This document shows, piece by piece, positions 26,301 to 38,123 of a stretch of DNA of 64,000 nt; within the stretch, counting starts at the first letter, position 1, and each line of letters starts with the position of its first letter. The notes under the pieces are model-generated. The model saw only the letters and a list, made by a program, of their open reading frames with translations. It did not search any database and had not been told where the DNA came from. Origin of the DNA: Bilabrum cf. latius (Eukaryota); the NCBI GenBank assembly GCA_965178125.1, contig OZ237767.1, positions 744,001-808,000 of the forward strand. The letters are read 5' to 3'. The translations under genes and the position numbers were made by a program.

Positions 26301-28007
26301 GGAAAAAGGCTCGAAACGACAGCACGAACATCGATTGCTTGCGTCGGTGGGAGTGCACAGCGAGTCCTCCGGGAATATGACGACGCAGTTGCATCGGTTG
26401 ATGCTTGCCGCCTTGACTATGCCTCTCTGCGTGCATGCATTTATGCAGCAGAGCGTTAGCGGTAGAAGCAGGGAATGCAAATAATGGCGCGCGAGGATGC
26501 ATCCGCCAGGTTGATTGAAGCGAGCGCCAAAGCTGCGGCGGAAAGAGCGATGTATCAAATCTAGGCGCACCAGGCTCGCGAGCAGAGGCAGATGAGCAGC
26601 GAGGACGCTCTCTCGTTCCAACGCGAGCATGACGAGCGACAGTCTGCTGTGCTGCAGTCGCTTCGACAGAGAGTTGTAGAGCAGCTTGCAAGGGATGATG
26701 ATAAAATGTCATCGTAGCTTGTCTGTGAGATGCAGGCTGCACAGAACGAAGCTCAGTCAAGAATATCGGTTCCAGACGCTGACATTGCCCCTGCGGCAGC
26801 TGCTCCTACGCACCAAGCCGATGAGCCTGTCACCGTCACAGCAGGAACGCCAGAAACACCGTCTGGTGCAAGTACCGTTGTTTCTTAGCCGGATCTATCT
26901 GAGCTGCGGCAGCTTACCTCAAGCTTGGACAGCGTGCTTGAGGGTGCCGCAAGGCTGGATGCCCGCCTGCAGTCCCGCCGGCTGCAGCTGCTAGAGGGGC
27001 AAGTCAGAGGCGCGCACACCACGGAGGAAGACGTGGACGACGAATCTGGAGATTTGGCGGCGTCTGCCAGGGCAGTATTCAGCAGCGGACCGAACAGAAG
27101 TCCAGATTGTGAGCCTGCGCCCCCTGGCCGTCCATCGACGGGTCTAGCGCTGGGTCTGAAGGCAGTCGATGATGCTGCGGCCTCCGTGCGACTTTACGCT
27201 TCCACCATGCACCCCTCCTCGCGAGGCAGCATGTCGCCGATACGCTCGAAATAGGGAGTTCATCCGATGCCCTGGGAGTCGTTTAGCACCAGTCCAGGAG
27301 AACCTGAAAGCAACAGCCTCTCCGCCTCATCTAGAGCACAAGCAGTGGCAGCTGTCGGCAGACTGCACGAGTCGCGCAGCTCGAGAGCCATCGAGTCGCG
27401 GAGCAGAGACATGCAGCTTCTACTGGCCGCTGGCACAGCCCCGCCGTCAAACCCTTCGCAATCACCTACGGACGTTGCCGCGCTGCCTTCTCCATACGCC
27501 GCTGCTGCCCGCGCCCAATCTCCACGGGCCCGGCAGGGCTCATCGAGCGGCTTCCGTGGTACCAGGGCAAGGAGTCCATCACCTCCCCCCATGCAAAGAG
27601 GCTCTTCCCGGCGGAGGAGAAGCCCTAGTCCCAGCGGCAGGCAGGGTGGGCAGCCGAGCCAGTCCCGCAGCGGCAGCCCCCTGGCAGTGGCATGGCAGAG
27701 GGGAGGGGCTGCATCAGCTGGCTCGCCGATTCGCAAGAGTGACAGGGACACGGATAACTCCAGAACCGGAAAGGCTTAGTCTTCGCGCAGGTCGCTGGGG
27801 GCAATTCGAAAACATTCGGTGCTGCTCAGCGATGGATTCAAGGCGGCGATGGCCAGGGGAGCAGGCGCTGGAGCAGTGCCAGTGGGTGGGTATGGGGACC
27901 AAGACGACTCGATCTACTCGGCTGGTCCGCAGGAGCCGCGGACACCCAGGCCTGCGAGTCCCTGCACTGCCCCTTTGCCACCCCCTGGGACACCCCCGTA
28001 GGCGTGA
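23349..28007 (+). CDS. Highly divergent myosin-head-like protein with IQ-like motif, coiled coil and Ser/Pro/Arg-rich tail (TAG=Gln); start uncertain
   Basis: One frame with ~20 TAGs and no TAA/TGA until TGA 28005-28007, then AT-rich UTR. Myosin-like segments LGAVLHLGN, AASCLGV, LDRVIRAVYLRLHDFLVSECNRAL and FDWGFVDAQL; IQ-like MQRAIRGHITRR. Confidence 0.65.
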
Positions 28008-28155
28008 TCAGCGCAGATGTTGTAATATGATAATGATGTTGTTGAAGTGAATAATGCTCTTGATGCTTCGCTAGTAACTGAAAATGCAAATGGATTACGA
28101 GTGGCCACTGTGCAATACTACCAAATATGGGCGGTCAGGCACGACTCTGCAACTA

Positions 28156-28725
28156 TCAACTTGCGTCAGAACCACCAGCAGCCCCAGCTGCAGCGTCTCG
28201 TCGCCTCTGCCTGGCCTCTGCTTCTTGGCTAGCCATGTCGTCACGAGAGATCCGCTTGTCTGCGTCCTCCTGCTCCATGCGAGCACGCTTGAGCACTTCC
28301 TAAGCTTCTTTCGAGTGTGGTCGAAGCTGGACAATTGGACTATTGAATTGGTCTAATTCCTCCGGGTCTTCCTGGACGATTAGTTCGTCATCATTGTACT
28401 GATCGATTTTCATCAGCACGTCCAGCTCCTCCCGAATCGGCTTCTTTCGCTCTCCGTCCCTGACGCTACGCCCAAGTTTCTTCATATTCTACTCTTCCTG
28501 CCACATGTCTTCCGTAACATCAGTCTCGTGGAAGACAAACTTGTAATCCTTGAGGTGTGGGCGCTGGAAACCGGAGAGAGCGGGGCCGTAAGGACGCTTC
28601 TTGAGCTCCTTCTTCATGCTATGTCCTTCCGGGCCGAATTTAAGCCTAGGGAACTGGCCGAATATCTCCCGTCTCGCTTTACGAATCGATTCACGCTGCT
28701 CAAAAGAGCTCTGCACAAACTTCAT
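28156..28725 (-). CDS. Putative mitochondrial ribosomal protein mS33-like with C-terminal extension (TAG=Gln); start uncertain
   Basis: RKARREIFGQ..KKELKKRPYGPAL resembles mS33/Rsm27. In-frame TAGs at 28489 and 28300; TGA at 28156-28158. Confidence 0.5.
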
Positions 28726-28993
28726 CCTTCTTCTCTCGGACCCAAGAACACTCCCACACGAGCCATATTGCGCACCAATCAAAGGATACCTCAAACCAGT
28801 TGTTGAAATTGTGTAACTGCGCTGCACAAGTTTAACCAGCCTACAACTGGCCTACATCGTCGATGTTGTGGCAAACCCTGTTCGATAAATCGATTTTTGT
28901 AACGCGCATTCAAAGATAATATAACGTGGTGTTTAAGATATATCACATTCAGTTTTGGTGCGATAGCAGCTGCCAATCTGGGATCCTGCTGCA

Positions 28994-29738
28994 ATGCTCG
29001 CGAAAGCTGCGCGTTCCGTCGCCCGAATCGCTCGGCCTGCCATCAGTCTGGGCTGGAAGAGCACGTCCGTTTCCATTCGATGTGAGCCTTTTCAGTCACA
29101 GGCCTTGGTGAACTGAGGCACCCTTATGTCAGGAGGCAATCACCTAGCTTCGTGCCTCAGTTGTGCGAATTTTTGGTTCCCTACCGCAGGCATGAGTGAT
29201 ACACCTAGTAAAGATGACCTGGATAGGCATGCAAAGTACCAGGTCAAGGACGAAGGCCGTCTTCCGACGCCGAGAGAGCTGCTGGTCGGCAAGGCCCGCG
29301 AGGAGGAGATTTTCGAGGACACTTACGGCATTTCGCTGTATGATAGGCGAGCCATGCAATTCATGGAGGAAGGTACCCTTGATAACCCCATCTGCATCCT
29401 GTCCGAGGAGGACGAGCGGATCGTCGGTATTTCTCTTCAGGTGAGGCCAGCGTTTTGATTCTGTGCTTTACCCCTTTGTCATCACCACTGCAGCACCTGA
29501 ACTTGCCGTGTACTTTGTAGAATGTACATGTTTATAGTGTACGGTGCGGAAACTTGTTCTTGTTGATCGGCACACGCAGGACGACGCCAACATTCGGTGG
29601 TTTGTGCTGCGCGACGGCGAGATGGCGTTCGACCCGTACACCAACAACTACTTGGCTATCCGCCGCGTGTCTCAGGAGCAGATTGACACCCTGCTGGCGA
29701 TTGCTGATAAGCAGCCGGACCCTTTCAAGGTCGAATGA
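28994..29738 (+). CDS. COX5B: Cytochrome c oxidase subunit 5B-like; introns 29082-29189 and 29441-29579
   Basis: Arg/Ala-rich presequence MLAKAARSVARIARPAIS; GTLDNPICILSEEDERIVG and IRWFVLRDGE match COX5B; intron phases are consistent; TGA stop. Confidence 0.7.
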
Positions 29739-29860
29739 GCAAGCTTCGAGCGGGTTGCATGGCTCGATAGCTAGCCAATGTTGAATCCCGATACGCCGGG
29801 GACCGATATGTGGACAGTGGTGATTGCATTGGCAGTGATTAAATCAGACATCCGTTGGAC

Positions 29861-30664
29861 TTACTCTGCAGAATTCGATTGCATCCAGCCTCTCTCCTTT
29901 GCCTCCTGAAATAGCCCAATGCACGCCCGCTATTCTTGTGGACTGATGTCTGGATTCCAAAAGTCAACCAGCAGCACTGTCCTGGATCTGTCGCTGTCGT
30001 TTCGCACCGAGTGCGCGTAGCTGTCGTCAAAAATGATGACCTCGTCGGGCTTCCAAGGCAGGTCCTCGCCCGCCACTCGCAACACTGCCTTGCCATCGCT
30101 AGGGATGTCAATCGGGATGTGCATTCGCAATCTCAAGTTTGAGGGGCCACAATGGGCTGCAATGGTGGCGCCTGGCGAGAGCGTCGAGAAAAACGCGTAA
30201 GCGAAGGGGATCCCTGTCATAAGACCGGGGATTGATTCCAATGCCTCTGCCGTGTTGGGGCAGTGCGCAGCAAAATGAGCTTGTCGTTCGCCTTTCTGGA
30301 TGTAGCTTAGCCATGTCCAGCTGTCGCTTGCGGTTGAGCTGCTAGATTCAGAGTTCTATGGGGCTGTTGAGGCTGGTTGGTGCAGCTTCATTTCACCATC
30401 AGCAAGTGCGTAGTCATTCCTCAGCACACCAGAGCTCTGCGCGGAATGGAACTCCACCTTAATGCGTGGAATCATCTCCTTAATGCGGTCGATCCACTCG
30501 AATTCTGAACAGTTCCAAATAGGCTTCTGGCTCAAGCCAGGGAGTGTCAGCAGGGATGGCTGCGGCCGAAAGACGTCTCTTGCAAGGATCTGCAGCACGC
30601 CGCTCCGGCGGACTCGGGCAGGTATTGGAGTTTGCATGCATCGAAGGGCTCTTGATGTTCGCAT
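29861..30664 (-). CDS. Aspartyl/asparaginyl beta-hydroxylase family 2OG-Fe(II) oxygenase (TAG=Gln)
   Basis: HCPNT, FSTLSPGATIAAHCGPSNLRLRMH, FDDSYAHSVRN and RTVLLVDFWNP. TAGs at 30356 and 29930 are in frame; ends in TAA 29861-29863. Confidence 0.85.
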
Positions 30665-30846
30665 ATTCTTATTTTGTCGCAGTCCTGCCAGTTGAAGCAC
30701 TCCGGTTGGGCCCAGCCACTGGCAGCCACAGGCGGCGGCCGGGCGCTCCGAGTTGGCCGCACCGGCTGGAACAGTTTTGTCGCAATTCACGTGTAGTAAT
30801 GGAGATTTCCGGCAATTGTTTGGTGTCATGAGTGTAATCGAATGAA

Positions 30847-31851
30847 ATGCTTGCGATTTGCGCAGTTTATTTGATCATTGCCGCTACAACGACGGCAAGG
30901 CCAGAGCGCAGCAACTCGTTCGAGGTGTTTAGGCCGCATGCGAAACAAGTCAAGATCCGAAACAAGTACTGCATGAAATGCACACTAGTGTATGATAGCA
31001 GTAAGGCGAACAAGGAGGTTGCTGCTAGATTGCAGAGTGATCTGGAACGCGTCCGCGAGACTGGCATGGAGATGCAAGAGGGCCTGCGGGCAGCCGAGGC
31101 GCAGCGGCAGGCCGCGTCTGATCAAGTCGGGGACCCAATGTTCGGTTTAGGCGGCAAGCGGGATGGAAAGCGTAATGCAATCGACAAAGCGGAGCAAGCT
31201 TGCCTGGACACGACTGTGTCGGGCACACCTGAACGAGAGTCTTGCCTGCGCGAAGCAAACGGCGGCACGGTACAAAGGCCAGCGGAAGGCCGAGCAATCA
31301 ATCCAGAAGACTACCCCGTAAATCGCAAGCCGACTCCTGAATCAGCAGACGCGAGCCAGGGCGGCACGGACGCGGCAGCGCCCCAATCCGACCCACGAGG
31401 AACCCGTCCCGACCCCAAGCAGCAACCGCACCCCAACGCGCCTCCCGAGACCCTCCCGCCCCCGGTATCCGCGCCGTTCACTGGATTCATGCAAGGAAGA
31501 GCTCGGCCAGCTGGCAGTGTCGGGGGGTATGCCGCGCCCAGAAACACACGCACGGACGAGGCCGGGGGTGAGGGGGCCATGTCCATGTCCAGTGAGGAGC
31601 GGGAGCAGATCCTGGCCGGGGAGCCGCACTTCGTATCTCCCGAACAGGTGCAGGACGTGCTGCGCGATTCGCTCAGCATCAACGACCTGACCTCCATGCA
31701 GTAGGGGCAGTCCATGCATGCCACGGTCGAGCTCTTCCGGTCCGAGGTGTGCGTGAATCTCCCTTCTCGGCAGCTAGTCTACTCGCTCTTCCGAGGACTT
31801 TCCAACGCGGACGAGACCCCTGGAGCATCAGTTCGGTGTGAGGCTGCTTGA
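30847..31851 (+). CDS. Hypothetical secreted protein with N-terminal signal peptide and CxxC (TAG=Gln)
   Basis: Hydrophobic N-terminus MLAICAVYLIIAA; the ORF reads through TAG 31702-31704 to TGA 31849-31851. Confidence 0.6.
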
Positions 31852-31964
31852 CGTCGACGACTCATGATGAGCCAGCGTGCCTAGCGACGACACGCGCGCG
31901 CATCCAAGGATAGTACTATGCGCGCCGTTGCACCGGTGCACAAGTACCTTCTACTCAGACCCTG

Positions 31965-32944
31965 TCAAGTTCCCGGCTGCTGCGGGTACACCTGCCTGCT
32001 GCCGCCGCTATTGTGGCCCGGCCACGACTCGACATCGGATGGCTGCTACCTGACCTCCACAGGGTGCCCAATCACCGCTGCAACTGGGACATCATCCGTG
32101 TCTTCGATGAACATATTGGATTCTTCCAATTGCTTTCCCCACGTGCAACCCAAAGTTTGCAGCACAGCTCCAACAGCTCCCACGGCCAGCGATATGTAAA
32201 TACCCCGGGTTATCGCGCCCTTATCGTCGCAAATTTCTGCCCGATCCTCTTCGGATATAGCTTCGGTATCCATCCTTTCTTCGAAACACCTGCGCGGTGT
32301 CACTAGGCAAGAGCATGGCTACCCCCAATTGCAGCTCGCAATTTGTCGTCGATTCAGAGATGCTTCTGACGTCGCAGCGGGATCTCACTCATCGTCGCAA
32401 AGGCAGTTAATATTCGGAACCGTGATGGCTAGGTTAACAATAAGAACCAACACTGCGGCGAGAGCTTGGCCAATTGGAACGGGTGACACCGGCTGGGGCA
32501 GACGGGAAGCGGTTGGTGGCAGCGCCTCATCATATCGACACCGACAATGACCAGAGAGACGCGCAACTCGTAGTCGCTTCGAAAGCAGCACAAGTAAACA
32601 AGCTGTATTCCACCAATCTCACCGAACAAGCAGCTGCAAAGCCCATTGCAGACCCAGAACATGCGGAGCAATTGGGGCTTGTTGTATTTTGCACCCACCC
32701 ACCCACAAACAGGTATTATGAACGCAAGAAGCACATAAATATTGGAGTAGTCGCGGGCTTGGATAGCGAATGCTGCCTAAACAGCTGCCAATATAACCAT
32801 TAGCGCTGAAACGATCATTACCTTCCACGCGAGGGCAGCTGTTGCGCCGTCAGAAATGGGAATCCCGAGCACCACGTGCTGTTGCTACTGCTAGGGCGCT
32901 ATTTCAACTGGGTGTACCCCAATTGCACCGGGATAACGCTACAT
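31965..32944 (-). CDS. Hypothetical four-TM membrane protein, two introns (TAG=Gln)
   Basis: AAAATG start at 32944 followed directly by TAG; poly-Gln TAG-CAG-TAG-CAA-CAG; several hydrophobic helices and a Cys-rich loop (NCLCDDECF after splicing); GTGAGA donors near 32622 and 32388; TGA 31965-31967. Confidence 0.65.
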
Positions 32945-33220
32945 TTTGTTTCTGACGAGGCCCGAGAGAGCTGGTGTTTTGGCCAAGCACCGGACCGAAG
33001 ATAGCGCCCAAAGTGCGCGCTACTTGCCAGTTCTGTGCAGTTCCAGACAGGTTTTGAAGGCGTAAGGGTGCCGACGACTAGACAAATTGTGGAAAGCTAG
33101 ATTAGCAGTGAAGCGGGCAATCCCCGAAGAGGTCATCACGGGCATTGCGCTGGGTGGCAAAGCCAGCCTGACAGCCTGAGCCGAGCCCGCCCCACTGCCT
33201 GTGCCAGTGGCAGTTGCAGT

Positions 33221-33284
33221 GGCACTGGCACTGGCACTGGCACTGGCACTGGCACTGGCGCTGGCACTGGCGCTGGCACTGGCA
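33221..33284 (+). repeat. (GGCACT)n hexamer microsatellite, intergenic/3' UTR
   Basis: About 10 tandem GGCACT/GGCGCT units. Confidence 0.9.
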
Positions 33285-33387
33285 TGCCTGGCAGTGGGAC
33301 CTCCGGAACTCAGACCTGTTTCCCACGAGCAAGAAATTGCTTACCTGCATCGGTCTTACGGTCACAGCAGCTCCTAGCTCTCTGCGC

Positions 33388-35187
33388 TCAACCCATGGAT
33401 ACAAACGGCGCGCCCCCTCCGCCGAACTGGCTTGCGAGCCTCTCATCCTCAGAGGGCTGATTGGGGCACCTGCAGCCGCAAGCAGGCAGCAGGGCTCCCA
33501 CCGTGAGCGCACCGACAGCCAGCGAGACTGCGCACGCAATGGCCAGGGCGGTAAAATCGAACTTCCTGTCCACAAGTGAGCGGGATGGGCTCGCAGGGGC
33601 CTCCGTGCACACCTGCTCTGCGGCATCATCCGAGGCCACAGCTACTGCCTTCGTGGCCAGCACGAGCGAGTCTAGGCTGCAAGATGCGTCCGAAGGGACG
33701 CCCGGCGTGTTCCCTGGCTGTCCCTCACAGGCCTGAGGGACCACCAGGTCCTCGCTGTTGAAGCCCTCCCCGCTGCCAGACCTCTCGTTGTAGTACAACC
33801 GCACGAAGTAGTACGGCCCCGCGCCTACTGCATTGGGCCCTGCGGACTATATGGGAGCCTGCTAGGCAGCGCGCAAGAGGCTCTCTTCCTCAACCTGCTT
33901 GCTAGTAGCGACGCCACTGCTACCGACCTCCATGGCGGCCAAAGGGGCCCCATGGGCAGACTCCTCCATGAGCAGCTGCATCTTGCTTCTGTGACCTGGA
34001 GAACCAGCAGCGCTATCATCAGCACCAGCACCAGCACCAGCACCAGCACCAGCACCAGCACCAGCACCAGCACCAGCACCAGCTCTCCAACCTCCCGGGG
34101 CCCTCCCGACCTAGCCCCTCATACCTTGGCCATCGGCCTGGACCCCGCGCATAGCAGGCGCCTTCGATGCCACATCAGTGCTCCACAGCTCGAGCGCCAC
34201 CGAGGACGCGTAGGGGGGATGCACGCCGTTGTACGCACCAAGCGCCTGCAGCAGGGCTACGAGTGTAGCGTCGTGGGCCGAGTACAGCGCCAGCCGAGGG
34301 CCCGTCTGCACGCGTGGGTCCACGGTGCCAGCGTTCGGAGCGAACGAGGAAGGGTCAAACCCAGGCTGCGGCTTGCCCTCCCTGGCGGCCTGAGCGCGGG
34401 CAATGAGCTGCCCCACCAGGCGTCCGGCTGCCAGCTTCTGCTGCTCGGTGGTGTTGAACAGGTGAGACAGGGACCAGTCACCCACCTCCTTCGTGATGTT
34501 GTACATCTCCGACGTGAACCCATCGGGCAGCGGGTACCCATGGTCCATATTGCACAGCGCAGTGTCCGCCACGACGTAGATCCCAGAGGCGGTCAGCGAG
34601 GATGCAGGCAACCCAGTCGCAGCGGCGAGGGCCTCCTTGATGGGGGCTAGCTTGCTCTCCTACTCGGCCCACTCCTACGCGTGCTCCTTCTCCTCCTCCT
34701 GTCCAGCATCTGCAAATCGGGGGCAGGTTGAAGCGCTCCAGGCCCGGAGCAGCCGGTCGTTGCCAGTGGCAACAGTGTGCTCTGGGACGGCTTGCAGACG
34801 AAGATCGGTCAATCCGCCTATTGGACCACTACCCGGAGGGAAGAGACCCTGCAGAACACTTTCAGATGTCTGCAGCGTCCTGTCGTAGTCGGTGGAACGC
34901 ACGACTGAATCGATTCGTGTGTAGTTGGGTCGGATAAGCCCAATGTCTTCGACGTACCTGGATCGAAGAAGACTACCAAGAAATTCTCCCATGCGCATAC
35001 CTCGCGCACTCAGTTGGCCAAACCCTTGTGGCCACTGGGTTGCGCATTGGCTCGTGGATTCCTCCACAGGAAAGCAAGTCGTGGGTGAGCGGTCCCCATG
35101 TCGGTGGATGACCGAAGAGAAAAGGAGCTTTTCGGCAGCAAATACGGGGAAAGCAATAAAGATCGCGCAAACAGGTAGAAGCATCAT
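33388..35187 (-). CDS. Histidine acid phosphatase (lysosomal/prostatic type) with signal peptide, Gly-Ala insert and C-terminal TM (TAG=Gln)
   Basis: RHGDRSP catalytic motif, GQLSARG, RSTDYDRTLQT, LYSAHDATL, PPYASS and FVRLYYN. Fragments are joined in frame across TAGs; TGA 33388-33390. Confidence 0.88.
34021..34083 (-). repeat. (GGTGCT)n coding Gly-Ala dipeptide repeat within the acid phosphatase
   Basis: About 10 CACCAG units on the + strand. Confidence 0.9.
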
Positions 35188-35342
35188 GCGCCTAGAATTA
35201 TTTGAATTCAATGCCTTCTGAGGGGCAGATCTGCTGAGGGGGCCTTTTGTCTGCTAGGGAACCCCATTTTTTTCCCGGCGAACGTCTTGTTAAGGTTCGC
35301 TGTGACAGCGAGCAAGTTTTGCACGAAAAGAACCTTTGGTAC

Positions 35343-37982
35343 ATGCGCTTGGCCGTATCCGCCATCTTCGGAACTTGTTGGGCATTATTATCGAATGCAT
35401 CTCCAAGTACACCGCTGTGGTGCTCTTACTCCGCGACATCCAATGCATCTAGCTGCCTGTCTTCGTCAGTCAGCTCCAATACATGCTACCGACACGCAAA
35501 TCTCAGCTATGGCGGAGTGATGGGGACGCATCACCTCATATTGGACCATGATCATCCAGCGATGGGGGCATTTGCAGAGTTTGCGTGGGATAAGATTGAG
35601 AAGGAGACTGCCGAAGTACTCGGAGCAAGCTCTCATGCTGTTCCTGTCGCCCGTCGAACTTGTAACATGACTTTGCTTGAGCTTCGCACAAGCTTCGACG
35701 GGGCCGAACCATTTGAGCAGCGGTTCAGAAATCGCCAGGGCGAGGTAGAGCAGTTTCCTGTGTTCGCTGGAGTGACTGCATTTGCTCTACTGAAGACCGT
35801 GTGGGCGCGACCATCTGCCGTCAATACAGCTTAGATCATAGTTTTAGATCATAAAGTCACCGTAACCTATGACGTGACTCGTAGCATGACCTTGACGGAG
35901 CACACCTGGGAGCCAGCAGCAGTTGGTGCTGTTGAGCTCCCTGCCGCCGGAACAGAAGCTATCGGGGATGAAATAGAGGACACTGCCGAAGTAATACCGG
36001 CGTGGATTCGGCGGAGCATAGGGGATGACTGGTTGCCTTCGACGTGCAGCGGGCGGAGGGAGCGGCCTCGGCGAGGCACTGGACGCCCCTCCGCTACTGC
36101 TGACGGGCTTGGCCCCGCTGATCGAGGGATCGACTGGTTCACGGGAACGTGCGGCGAAATGAATCCTGAAGAGCTTACGAAGTATTCTTTGCGCACAGAG
36201 TTGTGCGAACCGGTCGAGGACGGGGTGCATGCAGGTGCAGACCTGGCAGCAGGCAACTAGTCAGCACCGCAGCCCTCTCCTAGATGCACCTCTCTCCTGA
36301 GCTTCGGCCGGCAGGACTTTAGCCATTGGCGATGCAGCAGGCACCGGAAGCCCTCAGAAGTTGGTGGCGCTGCTGCAGATACAGTAGAAGTACGGCCCGA
36401 TGCATCGTTCGAGGCAGTGGCCGCAGCCAGGCTCGTTGATGAGCTGCCGGCCCCTCCCCCTGGGGCATCGGAGGGGTACCCTGTTCCTCGACTGAGGGGC
36501 TTACCGCAGGCTGCTGCCAAGGCTGTACTGCGGAACTTCAGGGCCGTGTGCTACAATGCCTGGAACAGCAACCCGCCCTCCTGGCTCGTTCCCAACCCGC
36601 AGGCAAGGTTTCAGCGGTACCGCGACAGGCTCGATCTGCTCGCCGAGCAGGTGGGGCCGCTCTAGCCAGATGTGGTGCTGCTGCAAGAAGTCAGACTGGA
36701 CTCAACGCTTGGTGGCCCCAACGAGCACGGCCAGATGGCACACATCGCAGCTCGGTTCCCCGGGTACCAGTACGTGTCCCAGCCCGCCATGCTGCATCAC
36801 GGCTTCGGGAGAGAAGGACCCAGCGCTGGTGGGTTTGGCGGAGGTCTGCACCATCGGGACGAGGAGGGCGTGGCAGTGCTAAGTCGGCACCCGATCGTAC
36901 TGTCTGAGTACGCGCTGTTGTCGCGAGACGCGGATGATCGGCATGACGGACATCAGAGGGTGGTGCTGCACGCGTTGGTTGAGCTGTCCACTTCACCTGG
37001 ACTCGAGCCCTTGCTGGTTGACGTATACACTGTTCACATGCCGCTGGGCGTAAGGGCTCGACGGCGGCTTGCGAGGGAGATGCACGCCTTTGTGCGAGCA
37101 AGCAGGCGGGGGCACGCTGTGGTGGTGGCGGGGGATATGAACGCCGAGCCTGACGAACCATGCATTCAGTTCTGGCAGGGGCTGGGCCCGCCTCCCCAAG
37201 TGCCCAGCCTGACCGAGCAGGACGAGATGATGGAGGCTGGCGAGGAGGACCAGAAGGACCAGAAGGACCTAGAGGACGATGAGGGAGGTGGTAGTTAGGG
37301 CGAAGAAAACCGGAGGGTGGATGCAGAGGACGTTGACACATGCGATTGGGGCCAGTTGCTGGGACACGATGATGCGAGCAGCAGGAGCGGATTCTTCGAC
37401 GCGTGGATGGTCCCTGCCTCGGATGCGGGCGAAAGTGCCCTGCCAGTGGCCGTCGGCAGGGACGGCACGGAGCTCCCGTCCCTGTGGGGGCCCCTCCTGG
37501 CTGGGGCTGGGGATGGAGCTGGGGCTGGGACCGGTTCCGGTCAGGGGCAGGCTGAGAGGCTGCTGCCCCGCGAGGTGGCTCTGGGCTGGCCGCAGGAGAG
37601 AGTCCTGAGGGAGGCCATGACCTTTCCCAGCGACAACCCCGCCAAGAGGATCGATTTCGTGTTTGTGGCCCACCCAGACGCAGCCGGGGCCTGGGTCAGT
37701 GCAGGGTCCAGCTGCAAGGCGGCAGCATGGGCCCGAGCGGGGCGGGTCCTGGCAGGGCAACTTGAAGGCTATTGGCCAGCAAACGACACAGGTTGCTTCG
37801 AGAGGCCAGCTCTGGCCATGACACAGGTAACAGCCGCATGGCTAGTAGGCCAAGACCCGAAACCAGGGGTTGGAAACCTGACGGCGAAGGGGTTGGGAAT
37901 GGTGAGTCCGGATTCTCCGCTGTGGGCCTCGGACCACCGCGGGCTGGTAGTCGACCTCCGGACATTGGTGGGCCAACGTTAA
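35343..37982 (+). CDS. Secreted endonuclease/exonuclease/phosphatase (EEP) family protein (TAG=Gln)
   Basis: Signal peptide; CYNAWN, (Q)PDVVLLQEV, GVAVLSRHPI, VVVAGDMN, TFP..RIDFVF and ASDHRGL. TAGs at 35832, 36258, 36663 and 37296; ends in TAA 37980-37982 just after the SDH motif. Confidence 0.85.
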
Positions 37983-38123
37983 GGGATAGCTTGCGATCTA
38001 CATAGCAGGGCTGACAAGACTTTCAATTAACACACACATGGCAGCGGCGACTAATGACTCGGATTTCTGTCGAGAAAAAAAGCACAGCTCACCAGCCACA
38101 TCCGGGATGTAGGTGCCTGGGGT

